A stretch of 64,000 bases of DNA from Patescibacteria group bacterium (lineage in GTDB: Bacteria > Patescibacteriota > Microgenomatia > UBA10105 > UBA927): contig JBMOPU010000012.1 of the NCBI GenBank assembly GCA_049322955.1, positions 83,581 to 147,580 of the forward strand, written 5' to 3'. The position numbers were made by a program, and so were the translations under genes. Positions 37,386 to 47,323 of this stretch are shown one piece after another (within the stretch, counting starts at the first letter, position 1; each line of letters begins with the position of its first letter). The notes under the pieces are model-generated. The model had not been told where the DNA came from. It was given only the letters and a program-made list of their open reading frames with translations, and did no database searches.

Positions 37386-38729
37386 ATGGCACTGCATAGA
37401 AGATTATTTTTTCTTCTTATTCTCTTTTTACCCACGCAACTCGGAATACATTTTTGGCCGGAATGGACCCACGTGTTGGGACGAAGAGTCGATTATCTTT
37501 CGCCCACCATTTATTTTACCGACGTGCTGTTGCTTGCCGTGTTTTTCACGTGGATGGTCTCTTTGAGGCAAAAGAAATTTTTGCGAAAACTAACCATCCC
37601 ATTCCCTTTCTCTCTAACTGCAGTAGTGCTCGTGGGTGTTACTGTCGGAAACATTTCTGTTGCGGCAAATACGCCGCTGGTGATATATAAGTGGATAAAA
37701 TTTTATGAATACCTTTTGCTTGGATGGTATATTATTGCGACGAACGTGCGGATGAAAGATATTGTCCTCCCGCTTGCCATTGCAGTCCTTTACTCATCAC
37801 TCATTGCATTGACCCAGTTTATTTTGCAACGATCCGTCGGCGGCGTGCTATGGTTTTTGGGTGAACGCTCATTTATGATTGACACTCCGGGAATTGCCAG
37901 GATTGCGCTTTGCACCCGGTATAGCACCGATTGTCCGCTACTGCTTCGGTCGTACGCGACCTTCCCCCACCCCAATGTATTTGCTGGATTTGTTGCGGTA
38001 GCGCTCCCCTATTTTTTACTTCGTATCCTGCGTACCGACTTATGGTTGGGTCCCTTTTGGCTTGCAATAGCGGCATTCATGGTGAGTGTTGCGGGATTGC
38101 TGACCTCATTTAGCCGGAGTGCATGGGCCGTGAGCGTCATCATGGTATTGGGCACGTGGCTTATCGTAAAAATATTGTCGCGACACAAAAAAATTGCGAC
38201 TTTCCATCCGCTTACCGTGGCGGCCTTTTTTAGTGCGATTTGTTTCATCGTATTGGTTATGCTACGGCTTCCGGCAAGATCCGACGAATCTCTCGTGATT
38301 CGGCAGCAATTACATCAAACCGCAATCCATATGTGGACTACAACACCGTTTTTCGGAGTAGGACTCGGGAATTTTCTTATAGAGCTCCCCTCCTTTGCTC
38401 CCTACAGAGCAGGAAATTTTTTACAGCCGGTGCACAATATCTATGTGTTATTCATGACTGAAGCCGGCATCGCCGGATGGGGTGTATTGCTTATTCTGGG
38501 GGGCATGTGTTTCTTACACAGGAGACGCATAGGGTATGCTGTCATGCACAATCTCGATGACGTGACACTCCCCCTTCTTTCCTTATGCGGCGTCCTCCTT
38601 TTGGGTGTGGTTGACCACTATCCGATAACCCTTCAACAAGGGCAATTGCTTTCTTGTGTCTTTGCCTCCGTTATCGCGGGACAATTTATATCCAGTAGCA
38701 ACGCTAAAAGATCTCATTTTCTGGACTAA
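37386..38729 (+). CDS. O-antigen ligase-family membrane protein (Wzy_C domain).
   Basis: Has TPFFGVGLGNFLIELPSFAPYRAGNFLQPVHNIYVLFMTEAGIAGWGVLLIL. Polytopic. Confidence 0.7.
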   Translation: MALHRRLFFLLILFLPTQLGIHFWPEWTHVLGRRVDYLSPTIYFTDVLLLAVFFTWMVSLRQKKFLRKLTIPFPFSLTAVVLVGVTVGNISVAANTPLVIYKWIKFYEYLLLGWYIIATNVRMKDIVLPLAIAVLYSSLIALTQFILQRSVGGVLWFLGERSFMIDTPGIARIALCTRYSTDCPLLLRSYATFPHPNVFAGFVAVALPYFLLRILRTDLWLGPFWLAIAAFMVSVAGLLTSFSRSAWAVSVIMVLGTWLIVKILSRHKKIATFHPLTVAAFFSAICFIVLVMLRLPARSDESLVIRQQLHQTAIHMWTTTPFFGVGLGNFLIELPSFAPYRAGNFLQPVHNIYVLFMTEAGIAGWGVLLILGGMCFLHRRRIGYAVMHNLDDVTLPLLSLCGVLLLGVVDHYPITLQQGQLLSCVFASVIAGQFISSSNAKRSHFLD

Positions 38730-38842
38730 CGGCATCGGCTTACCACTACACGTGCGTATGCATCGCGTCCGGACATGCGAGTGTCGACACATTTTCATAG
38801 CGTGAGAGGAAGAAACGCACCGGTATCTGTTACAATGAGCCC

Positions 38843-40141
38843 ATGTTGAAAGATTGGTTCCCCGCCGGTTCACTGCGACGAATAATCGCCGGTAATACCG
38901 TAAGTCAACTGATCGGACGCATGGTGAGCTCGGTCACGATTGTCATCGTAAGCGTGCTCATTGCCCAACGATTCGGCCCCGAAGGATATGGGGATTTTGT
39001 AAAAATTACCACCTACGTAGGATTTTTTTATCTTCTTGCCGATTTCGGGTTGAATGCCGTGTATTTACAGCAAACAGCCTCACAAGGAATGAAGACCAAA
39101 CAGATAGCATCCGCACCCTGGCGCACACTTCTCGGGCTCCGCTTAGTTATTAGTTCGACGCTTGTTCTTGTGGCGCTTGCCGTCCTTTCCCTCTTTCCTC
39201 ACACCGTTGCCTACGGGTATACGCCGCTTGTGCGGTTCGGCATCGTATTGCTTGTGCCCGTGATTATTGCCCAGGCGATAACAACCACAACCAATGCCCT
39301 TTTCCAAAAAATGCTTCGGTACGATTACTCCACAAAAGCGCAGAATATCGGATCATTTTTTTTGGTTGCCGTTGCCCTCGTGCTTGCTACGACAACGGCT
39401 ACCGCAGGTCCTTTGCTGGGTGTCGCCGCAGTTTTTGCCGGAAGCAGTGTTACCGCAATTGTTGCGCTCTTTTTGGTTTCTCGCCATCTCGGCTCGATAA
39501 CTCCCCTTTTTCGTACGGACACGTTTATGTCGATACTTCGCCAGGGGGCACCTTTGGGGTTTGCCCTGGTGTTTAATTTAATCTATTTTCACTCCGACAG
39601 CGTAATTCTCACCCTCACCCGTTCCACCGAAGAGGTCGGCATATACGGGCTTGCCTACAAAGTATTTGAGTTGCCGTTGGTGCTTCCGATTTTTTTTATG
39701 AATGCCGTCTATCCGTTGCTTCTTGAAAAACAACAAACCGATAATAGCGGTCAAAAAAAAATTTTTGAGCGCTCCTTGCAATTCTTGCTGGGAAGTTCTC
39801 TGCTCCTTGCAAGTGGTCTTTGGATCACCGCGCCGCTTGTCACATTTGTTCGTCCTGATTTTGCCCCCAGCGTTTTGCCACTTCGAGTATTAAGTATGGG
39901 ACTCCCGATTTTTTTTGTTTCCGCTCTTTTTATGTGGTTTATTATCGCGCAGAAAAAGCAATTGTCCCTCGTTGTTATTCATGGTGTCGGCATGATCGGG
40001 AGCATATTACTCAATATATTGCTGGTTCCATCGTACGGGTATATGGCGGCGGCTTGGGTAACAATCGCGTCTGAATTTTTTGTGCTCGCGGCAACGGCCT
40101 TTCTTGTCCTTCCGCGCATATATGCGAGGGAGGGGAAATAA
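38843..40141 (+). CDS. MOP-superfamily flippase (Wzx/MurJ-like).
   Basis: 432 aa with about 12 transmembrane segments; N-terminal region typical of the polysaccharide biosynthesis protein/MurJ family. Confidence 0.6.
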   Translation: MLKDWFPAGSLRRIIAGNTVSQLIGRMVSSVTIVIVSVLIAQRFGPEGYGDFVKITTYVGFFYLLADFGLNAVYLQQTASQGMKTKQIASAPWRTLLGLRLVISSTLVLVALAVLSLFPHTVAYGYTPLVRFGIVLLVPVIIAQAITTTTNALFQKMLRYDYSTKAQNIGSFFLVAVALVLATTTATAGPLLGVAAVFAGSSVTAIVALFLVSRHLGSITPLFRTDTFMSILRQGAPLGFALVFNLIYFHSDSVILTLTRSTEEVGIYGLAYKVFELPLVLPIFFMNAVYPLLLEKQQTDNSGQKKIFERSLQFLLGSSLLLASGLWITAPLVTFVRPDFAPSVLPLRVLSMGLPIFFVSALFMWFIIAQKKQLSLVVIHGVGMIGSILLNILLVPSYGYMAAAWVTIASEFFVLAATAFLVLPRIYAREGK

Positions 40142-40235
40142 ATTCGATTATCCCCGAAACGGGGAACATATAGTAACACGCATTCCTACACGGTTATGAA
40201 ATAGCCGGGTAGTCAAAAACCAAAGGAGGTTTTTT

Positions 40236-40682
40236 ATGAACTATATTATTCATACTGACGGTGGAGCGAGAGGAAATCCCGGACCTTCTGCGGTCGGTGT
40301 TGTTGTCGAGGCGTGTGTATGTGATGAGAACAACCAATGTCACGAATCAGTCAGAAAGGAAATCGCGGGATTCGGAAAAAGGATAGCTGATGGTACAAAT
40401 AATGTTGCCGAGTATACTGCAGTGATTGAAGCATTAACTTTTCTCGCAGGATATGGTGATAGAGAAAAGGGGAGAGTTGTGAAATTTTATTTGGATTCTA
40501 CACTTGTCGTCAACCAACTCAACGGAGTGTATAAAGTAAAAGATTCACATCTTCGTGATCTTTTACTCAGGGTGAGAGGATTAGAGTTGGAGGTCGGGGG
40601 AGATATTACCTACACGGCAATTCCCCGAGAGCAAAACAGAAGGGCTGACTTCTTTGTCAATCAGGCACTCGACGCATCGTGA
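40236..40682 (+). CDS. Ribonuclease H (type 1, RNase HI-like).
   Basis: Has HTDGGARGNPGPSAVG (D), AEYTAVIEAL (E), LDSTLVVNQL (D), RRADFFVNQA (D). Preceded by an AAAGGAGG RBS. Confidence 0.8.
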   Translation: MNYIIHTDGGARGNPGPSAVGVVVEACVCDENNQCHESVRKEIAGFGKRIADGTNNVAEYTAVIEALTFLAGYGDREKGRVVKFYLDSTLVVNQLNGVYKVKDSHLRDLLLRVRGLELEVGGDITYTAIPREQNRRADFFVNQALDAS

Positions 40683-40806
40683 AGTTGTTCGTGAAGGGTA
40701 TGTTCCTCATGTGAGATGCCAATACGATTACATCGTAGGCATGCCGCAACTCTGTTGTTTTCGGTACGGCTGTTTGTCATAATGGTTTTAGAGATATTTT
40801 CCCTCT

Positions 40807-43272
40807 ATGACCCAAGCAGACCATTCCACAAATAACGCGCAAGATTCTCAGCTTCCTATAGCGCGTATTCAGGCGCAGGACAGTAATTGGATACAGCCGT
40901 TGCGGGAATATTTTGAACAGAATGGATGCCGTGTAGCAGTGAATAGGGAAGCCGCGTCCTCGCCGCTGTATGTGATCGGCGTCGGTGACACTTCCTTCGT
41001 GAAATCTTTTTTTGAAGACTCAAAATGGGAGCATGCGAAAAAACTTGCCATTGTCTATGAAGGCGATGAAGAAGATCTTCATTCATTACGGCCGCTCTCC
41101 GTTAAACAATACTATCTTGACCCCAAATCGCTGACGCCCCAGGACGTGCAGGATATATTTGCATTTTTTTTCACCGGAAGAGGAATAAGTATAAACTCCC
41201 GAAAAGAACCGAAGAAGCCCAAAAAGGTGAGTGTAATCCCACGGGAACCGACACGTGAGACTACACACGAACTGGAAAAACGTGAGTCCCTTGACCGTGT
41301 ACGTGTCGCAAACGAGATGCAACAGATTTATCAGCGGACGAAAGTCCGGTCTCATTCTTCTTTACTAAACAATGCCAAAAAAATTACTGTGGTTTTGGGA
41401 ATAATTTTCCTTTTCTTTATTACACCGTTTATTTTTTACTTTCTTTCACTTTCGGCATCAGTGGGACTTCTTGCGTTAAGTGCGAAGACCCTTATCGATG
41501 GAAATACTCGGTGGACGACACCATTGATTTCTTATAGCACCACCTATCTTCAGGCTTCACGGGGGCTTCTTACCATCGGATCACCGATTCTTATTTTTAT
41601 GCGTCAAGGGGGTGTCATTGAGGATCAGGACAGATTACTTTCTATTCTCTCGCAGACTGCGGCGGCGGAACGGGGAGTGCTTACCATTTTCCAGACGAGC
41701 AAGGTCGTGGCGGCCGGCGTGATCTTTCCCGACGATAAAACACAAAAGGCAGGAGTTGCTGATGTTATTAACCTCGCAACGGAAGTGTCTCGCGTATCCC
41801 AGCATCTTGCACTAATTTCCGCCCAACTTAACTCAATTTCACAATCAACCCGTTTCCCTTTTACTGCCAAGGGGGTGTCTGATATTGTCGCGAGGGGAGT
41901 GACGAAACTGACATCGCTTCGAAGCGTCGTGGGATACACTGATCGGTTACTCACCCTTTACCCGCGTATAGCGGGATTTCGTAAAAAGCAGACATATCTT
42001 GTCTTGTTACAAAACAGTATGGAACTTCGTCCTGCTGGAGGGTTTATCGGAAGTCTATTGGTTGTCTCATTCGTTGATGGAAAAGTAGAAACATTGGATG
42101 TGCAGGATGTCTATACCGCGGATGGCCAGCTTAAAGGCCATGTTGATCCGCCACTGCCCATTCGAGAAATATTGGGGCAGGAACACTGGTATTTGCGTGA
42201 CAGCAATTGGGATCCGCAGTTTGCCGTAAGCGGTGCACAAGCGGCGTGGTTTTATGAAAAAGAATTGGGACAGTCCGTGGACGGGGTCGTCGCAATAAGT
42301 CTTCCGATGGTTACCGAATTGCTACGCCTCACCGGCCCTATTGAGCTTCTTGATTTTAATGAACGCATCTCCGAAAGCAATTTCTTCGCAAAGTCCCTTC
42401 TTTATACGGAAACCGATTTTTTCCCCGGGAGCACACAGAAAAAAGATTTTCTCGGAGCACTTATCAGTGCGCTCCTTACAAAAATAACGACCGATGCGTC
42501 GCTGTCTTCCGGCGGACTGCTTTCCGTTCTTACCCGCTCAATACAATCAAGAGATCTTCAATTTTATTTTCCGGATGAGGAACTGCAGTCACTTATTACC
42601 CAGTGGGGGTGGGACGGGGGAGTATCGGTTAATCGGTGTCAGGCACCCTACAATAATATACCGTGTGTCAGTGACGGCATTGCGGTTGTCGATGCAAACC
42701 TCGGAGTCAATAAATCAAACTTCTTTTTAAAGAAAGAAGGTGTTGCGCAGATAAGCCTGGCAGAAAACGGAGACATAGAACACATATATACAATGAGTGT
42801 CCATAATGGCGCGCCGGTTGTGGAGAACGGGGCGGGAACCTACCAGGGATACACACGATTTTATATACCGCCTGATGCACAAATCAGATCAATAACCCTT
42901 GACGGCACGGAGGTCCCACTTCGTGATAGCGAAAATCCGGTGCCCCCGCCGGCTCCGTATTGGATAAACGAACAACAGGAGACACTCCGTGTTATTCATG
43001 TTCCTTTTGCCGTGGCTCCACGCCAGACACGACAGCTCACCCTTCATTGGGTGAGACCGCAAGCAATTTCGTTTGCCGAGCAGGGAATCTATCAGCTGAC
43101 CTTACGGAAGCAGGCCGGGGTACCGTCATTCCCTTGGCGGGTGGTGATGACATACCCCGAGGGGTGGCAGGCGATAAGCGAGGGCGCAGTTGCAAAACCG
43201 GGTTCACTTGAGTACAATACAGATCTTACGAAAGATGCAGAATATCGAGTGCTCTTTCAAAAAAAACTATGA
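40807..43272 (+). CDS. Large membrane-anchored protein: cytoplasmic N-domain of about 190 aa, one transmembrane segment, and an extracytoplasmic domain of about 600 aa. Function unknown; possibly DUF4012-like.
   Basis: 821 aa with the transmembrane segment VVLGIIFLFFITPFIFYFLSLSASVGLLAL. No catalytic motifs recognised. Confidence 0.45.
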   Translation: MTQADHSTNNAQDSQLPIARIQAQDSNWIQPLREYFEQNGCRVAVNREAASSPLYVIGVGDTSFVKSFFEDSKWEHAKKLAIVYEGDEEDLHSLRPLSVKQYYLDPKSLTPQDVQDIFAFFFTGRGISINSRKEPKKPKKVSVIPREPTRETTHELEKRESLDRVRVANEMQQIYQRTKVRSHSSLLNNAKKITVVLGIIFLFFITPFIFYFLSLSASVGLLALSAKTLIDGNTRWTTPLISYSTTYLQASRGLLTIGSPILIFMRQGGVIEDQDRLLSILSQTAAAERGVLTIFQTSKVVAAGVIFPDDKTQKAGVADVINLATEVSRVSQHLALISAQLNSISQSTRFPFTAKGVSDIVARGVTKLTSLRSVVGYTDRLLTLYPRIAGFRKKQTYLVLLQNSMELRPAGGFIGSLLVVSFVDGKVETLDVQDVYTADGQLKGHVDPPLPIREILGQEHWYLRDSNWDPQFAVSGAQAAWFYEKELGQSVDGVVAISLPMVTELLRLTGPIELLDFNERISESNFFAKSLLYTETDFFPGSTQKKDFLGALISALLTKITTDASLSSGGLLSVLTRSIQSRDLQFYFPDEELQSLITQWGWDGGVSVNRCQAPYNNIPCVSDGIAVVDANLGVNKSNFFLKKEGVAQISLAENGDIEHIYTMSVHNGAPVVENGAGTYQGYTRFYIPPDAQIRSITLDGTEVPLRDSENPVPPPAPYWINEQQETLRVIHVPFAVAPRQTRQLTLHWVRPQAISFAEQGIYQLTLRKQAGVPSFPWRVVMTYPEGWQAISEGAVAKPGSLEYNTDLTKDAEYRVLFQKKL

Positions 43273-43973
43273 AAAAACATACCTTGGATGCCACAAAGCG
43301 AGATATCACGAAAACCAAAGCCGCGGTTTTGCGACGACAGGGACTGGTCCCCGCGACCGTTTATGGGAAAAAAATAGCAAGTGAAAGTTTGTCGGTAACA
43401 CATTCAGATTTCGTTAAAGTATACAATGAAGCGCACGAAACTGGTCTTGTGGAATTAAAAGTGGACGGAAGTGTAAAACCCGTCCTTATTCATACGGTGC
43501 AGAAGGACCCGGTCAAAGGAGAAATTCTTCATGTGGAGTTACACCAGGTTGACTTGAAAGAGAAAGTACATGCAAATGTACCTCTGGTTCTTACCGGGGA
43601 AGCTCCCGCTGTAGCACAAAAAATTGGCGTAGTGCTTACGTTAGTCTCCGAGGTAGAAGTGGAAGCATTGCCCACCCATTTGCCAGAGAAACTTGATGTG
43701 GATGTGAGCACGCTCGCCGAAGTAGGACAGGAATTAAAAGTTTCCGATATAAATGTCGGATCAGACGTCACTATTCTTACCGATGGGTCGGTGGTCGTTG
43801 CCCGTGTCGGTGAACTGGTAAGTAAAGAAGCAGAAGAACAAGCGGCGGCTGATGCGGCGGTTGCCGAAGCGGCTTCCACCGAAAGTGCCGCGGGAGAAGA
43901 CACAGCGCAAGGTGGAGAAGCGGCTCCTGCTGAAAAGAAATCGGAAGAAGAAAAGAAACCGGAAGCAAAGTAA
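43269..43973 (+). CDS. rplY: 50S ribosomal protein L25/general stress protein Ctc, with an Ala/Glu/Lys-rich C-terminal tail.
   Basis: Has LDATKRDITKTKAAVLRRQGLVPATVYGK...LIHTVQKDPVKGEILHVEL. Confidence 0.8.
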   Translation: MKKHTLDATKRDITKTKAAVLRRQGLVPATVYGKKIASESLSVTHSDFVKVYNEAHETGLVELKVDGSVKPVLIHTVQKDPVKGEILHVELHQVDLKEKVHANVPLVLTGEAPAVAQKIGVVLTLVSEVEVEALPTHLPEKLDVDVSTLAEVGQELKVSDINVGSDVTILTDGSVVVARVGELVSKEAEEQAAADAAVAEAASTESAAGEDTAQGGEAAPAEKKSEEEKKPEAK

Positions 43974-44016
43974 TATCCCGGCGCAACAGGAACGGTATTC
44001 CTTGTCGGCGTATGAA

Positions 44017-44529
44017 CTACTTTTTGGGCGAGAGTGAGTTGCTCAATTCCTCAAGCGATTGAATTCCCAAGAAATTCGGATCAAGTTCCTTAATCTCCGC
44101 CATATGTTCCCGCATTTTTTCATTGTCTCCGAGCTGAAATGCAATGAGGGCCGCCTGATAATGTGCATCCCGATAGTCGGGATTGTCACGTAACACCTCC
44201 GTCCAATAGTCGTACCGCCGCTCAAGTATGACTCGTTCCTCAAGATCAGGAGGATGCGTTGATGCAGAGTCGCCGAGCACATCGGACTTATCAGCAAAGA
44301 AGGGAATCGTTAATGAAAACCTACGATTGTCTTGTGCGGCGGCGATATTGATGCCGATCGCGCATGCAAGCAGAACCCAGAGAATAAGGCCGGTTACCCG
44401 CCGAATCCGATGAAAAAACGGGTTTGCGGCAAATAATCGGGTATATTGCGGGAAAAATCGGGAAAGAAATGAAGCCGGAGCGGGAAGCAACAGCGGCGTT
44501 TGTGATTTATGTTTTAGCGGTTTAGTCAT
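44017..44529 (-). CDS. Membrane-anchored hypothetical protein with a TPR-like C-terminal region.
   Basis: 170 aa with one transmembrane segment (GLILWVLLACAIGINIAAA). The helical region contains DAHYQAALIAFQLGDNEKMREHMAEIKELDP. Confidence 0.4.
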   Translation of the reverse strand: MTKPLKHKSQTPLLLPAPASFLSRFFPQYTRLFAANPFFHRIRRVTGLILWVLLACAIGINIAAAQDNRRFSLTIPFFADKSDVLGDSASTHPPDLEERVILERRYDYWTEVLRDNPDYRDAHYQAALIAFQLGDNEKMREHMAEIKELDPNFLGIQSLEELSNSLSPKK

Positions 44530-44613
44530 GGATGTTAGGTAATCGTGACTCCATAATACCTATCTTCGGGTTGTAAATAAACCACCTATTTGTCTTGAAC
44601 CGCAGACGCCACT

Positions 44614-45282
44614 ATGGTATCCTTCTCGAATATGAAGAAAGCATCCGCCAAAAAGCATCCTGTTCCCGTTCCTCCTCAGTTTGAGTCCGCACCTGTGAAC
44701 TCGCCGAAAGTGAAGCATTTTTCATGGCAATGGATTCTTGTGGGACTTTTTGTTCTTTTGGGCGTGCTTGTCGCGGTGAATAAAGGATGGGTCGTCGCCG
44801 CAGTTGTTGACGGACGGCCGATATTCGCCTGGCAACTTAACTCGACGCTTCGTACGCGCTACGGGCAACAAACCCTTGAAGGGATGATCGGCGAGGCCCT
44901 GATAAAGCGTGAAGCGGAAAAGAACGGTGTGGTGGTAACAAAAGAGGATATTACCAAAAAACAAAATGAGATATTGTCGAGTCTGGGAACAGAAGTGAGC
45001 CTTGAAGATTTTCTGAAATTCCAGGGCATGACGGAAGCGGATTTCAATAGCCAGCTTGTCATACAACTGACCGTCGAACGATTACTGACGAAGGACAGAG
45101 TCGTTTCTGAAGCGGATATTGATAACTTTATCGCAACGAGTGCGGCAACGCTCTCCGCGACTGAGCCGGCGGCGCTTCGTGAGGAAGCAAAGAATGCAAT
45201 CATCAGCAACGAAATAAGCGAGAAACTCCAGCCGTGGTTTTTGGAACTTCGCCAGAAATCCAATGTCATGAAGTTTCTCTAA
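44614..45282 (+). CDS. SurA-N/PpiC-type periplasmic chaperone-like protein (no PPIase domain) with an N-terminal transmembrane segment.
   Basis: 222 aa; a transmembrane segment followed by a SurA N-terminal-domain-like helical region. Confidence 0.45.
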   Translation: MVSFSNMKKASAKKHPVPVPPQFESAPVNSPKVKHFSWQWILVGLFVLLGVLVAVNKGWVVAAVVDGRPIFAWQLNSTLRTRYGQQTLEGMIGEALIKREAEKNGVVVTKEDITKKQNEILSSLGTEVSLEDFLKFQGMTEADFNSQLVIQLTVERLLTKDRVVSEADIDNFIATSAATLSATEPAALREEAKNAIISNEISEKLQPWFLELRQKSNVMKFL

Positions 45283-45288
45283 ACGTCT

Positions 45289-45543
45289 ATGATGCCCTGG
45301 TACTTGGGAAGCGGCAGGATTAATTTTGAACACATGTGGGGTGCAGGATTCGGTCTCCTCGCTCTTTGGTCCGTAATATGGACCGGATTGGCATTGTGGC
45401 ATGCGGCGAAGCGTGATGAGAAAGGGTGGTTTCTTTTTTTCCTCTTTGTGCATACGGCGGGAATTATTGAATTCGTGTATCTCATGTTTATCGTAAAAGC
45501 GTTCACCACTTCAACAAAAAAAACCGCGAGAAAGCGAAAATAA
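45289..45543 (+). CDS. Small two-transmembrane membrane protein, hypothetical.
   Basis: 84 aa with two hydrophobic segments and a basic C-terminal tail. Confidence 0.4.
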   Translation: MMPWYLGSGRINFEHMWGAGFGLLALWSVIWTGLALWHAAKRDEKGWFLFFLFVHTAGIIEFVYLMFIVKAFTTSTKKTARKRK

Positions 45544-45576
45544 TTCTTGTAATACGGATAGTGGCTTCGCCCGTCT

Positions 45577-46635
45577 ATGAATACTTGGCAAATGCTTCAC
45601 CGGAATCCCGATTTATGGCAGAGATACTTTGTTCGTGAGAAAGTGCTTCGCGCAATCCGATCGTTTTTTGAGGAACGAAATTTTCATGAAGTCGAGACGC
45701 CGATATTGATTGCCCATCCTCCGGCGGAGAGTTATCTTGATGTTTTTGAAACGACATTGCTTGACCGATCAAGAAACCGACAGCCGGCATATTTGTCCAC
45801 CTCCCCTGAAGTGCCGTTGAAAAAACTCATGGTCGCGGGGCTCGGTGATTGTTATGCCCTCACCAAAAGTTTCCGGAACATGGAAACGCAAGGAACCCTG
45901 CATAATCCTGAATTTACCATTCTCGAGTGGTATAGGAAGGGAGTTGATTATCGAGCGATTATGGAAGATTGCGAGGCGTTACTTCGGTTTATCTATCACA
46001 GGGTTAACGGAGCAGGCCAGGAATCCACGCAACCTATTACTTACAAACAGCACCAAGTTCGTCTCGACCTTCCGTGGGAGCGGCTCACGATGGTTGAGGC
46101 ATTTGCCAAATGGGCAAACATTAATTTTGTGGATTTCCTTGATATGAACCATGCGATTGCCATCGCACGGCAAAAAGGGTATACCGTCGAATCTGACACC
46201 ACATGGGAAGCACTGTATAATCAAATTTTTCTGAATGAAATTGAACCTCACTTAGGGGGCTCCCGTCCGACCATATTGTATGATTTTCCCGGAAGTATGG
46301 CGGCACTTGCCAAACGGAAGGAAGCGGATCCCCGTTTTGCCGAACGATTTGAATTTTATATCGGCGGGTTAGAGCTCGGTGATTGCTATAGCGAACTTAC
46401 CGATTGGAAGGAACAACAGGAACGATTTGAAAATGAACTCCGTGAAATACGCAAAGCAGGAAAAACCGTCTACGAGTATGACACGGATTTTATCGAAGCA
46501 CTAAAGGTCGGACTCCCGCCGTGTAGCGGTATAGCAATCGGAGTCGATCGATTGGTGATGCTTTTTAGCGGAGCGGCAACTATTCAGGAGACGCTTTTTT
46601 TTCCGGCAGACGAAATGTTTGAGGACAACAAATAA
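45577..46635 (+). CDS. epmA: EF-P--lysine ligase EpmA (PoxA/GenX; class II LysRS catalytic-domain paralog).
   Basis: About 352 aa with no anticodon-binding domain. Class II motifs: FHEVETPIL, FRNMETQGTLHNPEFTILEWY, GGLELGDCYSEL. Directly upstream of efp. Confidence 0.75.
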   Translation: MNTWQMLHRNPDLWQRYFVREKVLRAIRSFFEERNFHEVETPILIAHPPAESYLDVFETTLLDRSRNRQPAYLSTSPEVPLKKLMVAGLGDCYALTKSFRNMETQGTLHNPEFTILEWYRKGVDYRAIMEDCEALLRFIYHRVNGAGQESTQPITYKQHQVRLDLPWERLTMVEAFAKWANINFVDFLDMNHAIAIARQKGYTVESDTTWEALYNQIFLNEIEPHLGGSRPTILYDFPGSMAALAKRKEADPRFAERFEFYIGGLELGDCYSELTDWKEQQERFENELREIRKAGKTVYEYDTDFIEALKVGLPPCSGIAIGVDRLVMLFSGAATIQETLFFPADEMFEDNK

Positions 46636-46698
46636 TTGCCCTCGGAACGGGTTTGTGGGATAATAGATATATCCCGAAAGGGATTTTATTTTTCTCAT

Positions 46699-47262
46699 AT
46701 GGCAACAATAACCACTGCACAGTTTAAAAAAGGCAATTTTATAGAGTTTCGAAACGAACCCAATCAGATCATGGATTTTCAATTCGTGAATCCCGGGAAG
46801 GGAAGTGCGTTTGTTCGGGCAAAACTGAAGAGTCTGAAAAGCGGGAAGGTTATTGAATTTACCTATAAGTCGGGTGAATCGGTAGAAGAACTTCCCATCA
46901 ACACCCGGGAAATGCAATATCTCTATAAAGAGGGCGATGCCTATGTTTTTATGGATAACTTCAGTTACGAGCAATATAACATTGCCGAAAGTCTTCTTGA
47001 AGGATTTATCCGCTACCTCAAACCCAATGATACCTATCAGGTGCTCGTGTACGGAGAAGATGCCGTGGGAGTCAGATTCCCCAAGAAAGTATGGTTAAAA
47101 GTAACGGAAGCCGATGAAGGGGCGAAAGGAAATACCGCAACGGGGGCTACCAAAACCGTCGTTGTGGAAACGGGCGCGGTGATCACGGTACCGCTGTTTA
47201 TCAAAGAAGGCGATGTCATTGGCATTGATCCGGAAACGGGATCCTACCTCGAACGCGGCTAA
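46699..47262 (+). CDS. efp: Translation elongation factor P.
   Basis: MATITTAQFKKGNFIEF...FVNPGKGSAFVRAKLK, with the modifiable Lys in the PGKG loop. The first ATG is at 46699. Confidence 0.9.
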   Translation: MATITTAQFKKGNFIEFRNEPNQIMDFQFVNPGKGSAFVRAKLKSLKSGKVIEFTYKSGESVEELPINTREMQYLYKEGDAYVFMDNFSYEQYNIAESLLEGFIRYLKPNDTYQVLVYGEDAVGVRFPKKVWLKVTEADEGAKGNTATGATKTVVVETGAVITVPLFIKEGDVIGIDPETGSYLERG

Positions 47263-47323
47263 GCGCATCCCCTCTATTTTTGCGAAATTGTATTCTTCCA
47301 TACCGTCGTATTACACTGGAAAT

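Noticed and set aside
43529-43986. Minus-strand ORFs antisense to the rplY C-terminal Ala/Glu-rich tail
   Set aside because: Low-complexity antisense frames over a repeat-like coding region, with no independent support.
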